From: Candidatus Electrothrix sp. GW3-4
GTDB taxonomy: Bacteria > Desulfobacterota > Desulfobulbia > Desulfobulbales > Desulfobulbaceae
DNA length: 32,000 bases
NCBI RefSeq assembly: GCF_037902255.1
Contig: NZ_CP147990.1
Coordinates: forward strand, 2,550,001 to 2,582,000
Direction of reading: 5' to 3'
Part shown: positions 31,509 to 32,000 of the stretch, one piece after another
How the letters are laid out: each line of letters begins with the position of its first letter
Numbering within the stretch: position 1 is the stretch's first letter
Made by a program: the position numbers and the translations under genes
The notes under the pieces: model-generated
What the model was told of the DNA's origin: nothing
Seen by the model: the letters and a program-made list of their open reading frames with translations, nothing else
The model's database searches: none

Positions 31509-31529
31509 TCACAAAGTATATTTTTGTGA
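31509..31529. promoter_or_regulatory. Palindrome TCACAAA-N7-TTTGTGA in the predicted hcp 5' leader (candidate operator)
   Basis: Read directly. It lies about +5 to +25 relative to the TSS predicted from the -10 box below. Confidence 0.35.
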
Positions 31530-31539
31530 TTATGGGTGA

Positions 31540-31581
31540 ACTATACAGGGAATATTTTTTGTAGACATTGATCTGCGTCAA
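31540..31581 (-). promoter_or_regulatory. hcp promoter: FNR/CRP-family (HcpR-type) site TTGATCTGCGTCAA plus -10 TATAGT in class II geometry
   Basis: A TTGAT-N4-GTCAA dyad sits at 31568-31581. On the minus strand the hexamer TATAGT (31545..31540) starts 22 nt after the site. This places the dyad centre at -41.5 if the hexamer occupies -12..-7. Confidence 0.55.
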
Positions 31582-31778
31582 AAAAACGAAAAATATAGCA
31601 GAGCGAAACCGAGGATCATACCCCTTACATACTCCACGGAAAAGCATTCCGTCTCCTCTATAGGCCAACGATCTCACCCCAGTGCTGCCAACGGCTTCTT
31701 TTGACGAAAAAGTTCCGATTTTTGAGGAGTCATGGCCTGGAATGAATCAGAAAAAAATGCTAACATTGAAACAGAGGG

Positions 31779-31819
31779 ATACAAGGTATATCTTATTGAT
31801 ACAAGGTGGAAATACAAGG
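31779..31819. repeat. Three direct repeats of ATACAAGG (plus a fourth ACAAGGG at 31864-31870) upstream of the edge ORF
   Basis: ATACAAGG occurs at 31779-31786, 31799-31806 and 31812-31819 (spacings 20 and 13 nt). Confidence 0.4.
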
Positions 31820-31880
31820 GTGTAAAACAGAGCGTTGATGCCCTGCTGATATTTTACTCTTAGACAAGGGGAAAAATAAC

Positions 31881-32000
31881 ATGAAAGCACAGAGACGACC
31901 TGAGCAGAACAGAATCTCCAAAAAAGAATTCTTTGACATCTTTGGCTTGACACCTAGCGGGGCATCACAACAAACCGGCATCCCTTTAGCTGAGCTTGGA
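31881..32000 (+). CDS. Partial ORF (first 40 codons), possibly a small DNA-binding protein
   Basis: ATG at 31881 with AAGGGG 9 nt upstream. It reads MKAQRRPEQNRISKKEFFDIFGLTPSGASQQTGIPLAELG.. and runs off the window. The helix-turn-helix guess rests only on the ..GLTPSGASQQTGIP.. pattern. Confidence 0.35.
   Translation, partial: MKAQRRPEQNRISKKEFFDIFGLTPSGASQQTGIPLAELG

Overview
This 32-kb chromosomal window has most genes on the minus strand. The hcp cluster, the c-type haem motifs, the Wza/Wzc-type EPS export module and a short interspersed repeat suggest an anaerobic Desulfobacterota-like (delta-proteobacterial) organism; that is inference only. I saw no rRNA, tRNA or CRISPR array.

- **1-8150:** A very large RHS/YD-repeat polymorphic-toxin gene with a Sec signal (183-7452, about 2,420 codons). 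It is split over three reading frames by two 1-nt G-run contractions. It ends in an AT-rich 243-aa C-terminal tip of no family I recognise. A small signal-peptide/lipoprotein-like ORF follows 8 nt later (candidate immunity gene, cut by the window edge). A small YD plus thrombospondin-type-3-repeat protein lies upstream.
- **8150-9060:** Decayed mobile DNA, comprising a 103-bp MITE-like element and a transposase C-terminal remnant.
- **9113-19164:** A DsbC-like oxidoreductase carrying an extra CxxCH motif, then an EPS export operon: secreted protein, OM beta-barrel, Wza-like protein with three near-identical tandem SLBB modules, fused Wzz/BY-kinase, and a Wzy_C (O-antigen-ligase-like)-TPR protein.
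- **19432-25371:** Housekeeping genes: dCMP deaminase, alpha/beta hydrolase, PpsR, a mini dihaem cytochrome and aminopeptidase N.
- **25372-26975:** A gene-poor AT-rich islet with a perfect 16-bp hairpin and a secreted Cys-rich protein built from two copies of an unrecognised ~125-aa domain.
- **27081-31449:** The hcp cluster: hcp, a second MITE copy, an antitoxin-like remnant, a small sulfite-reductase-like protein, a Zn-ribbon-HD protein and a FrdX-like ferredoxin. It has an FNR/HcpR-type class II promoter.

The best candidates for something undescribed are the RHS toxin tip with its neighbour ORF, the duplicated-domain secreted protein, and the two short repeat families.
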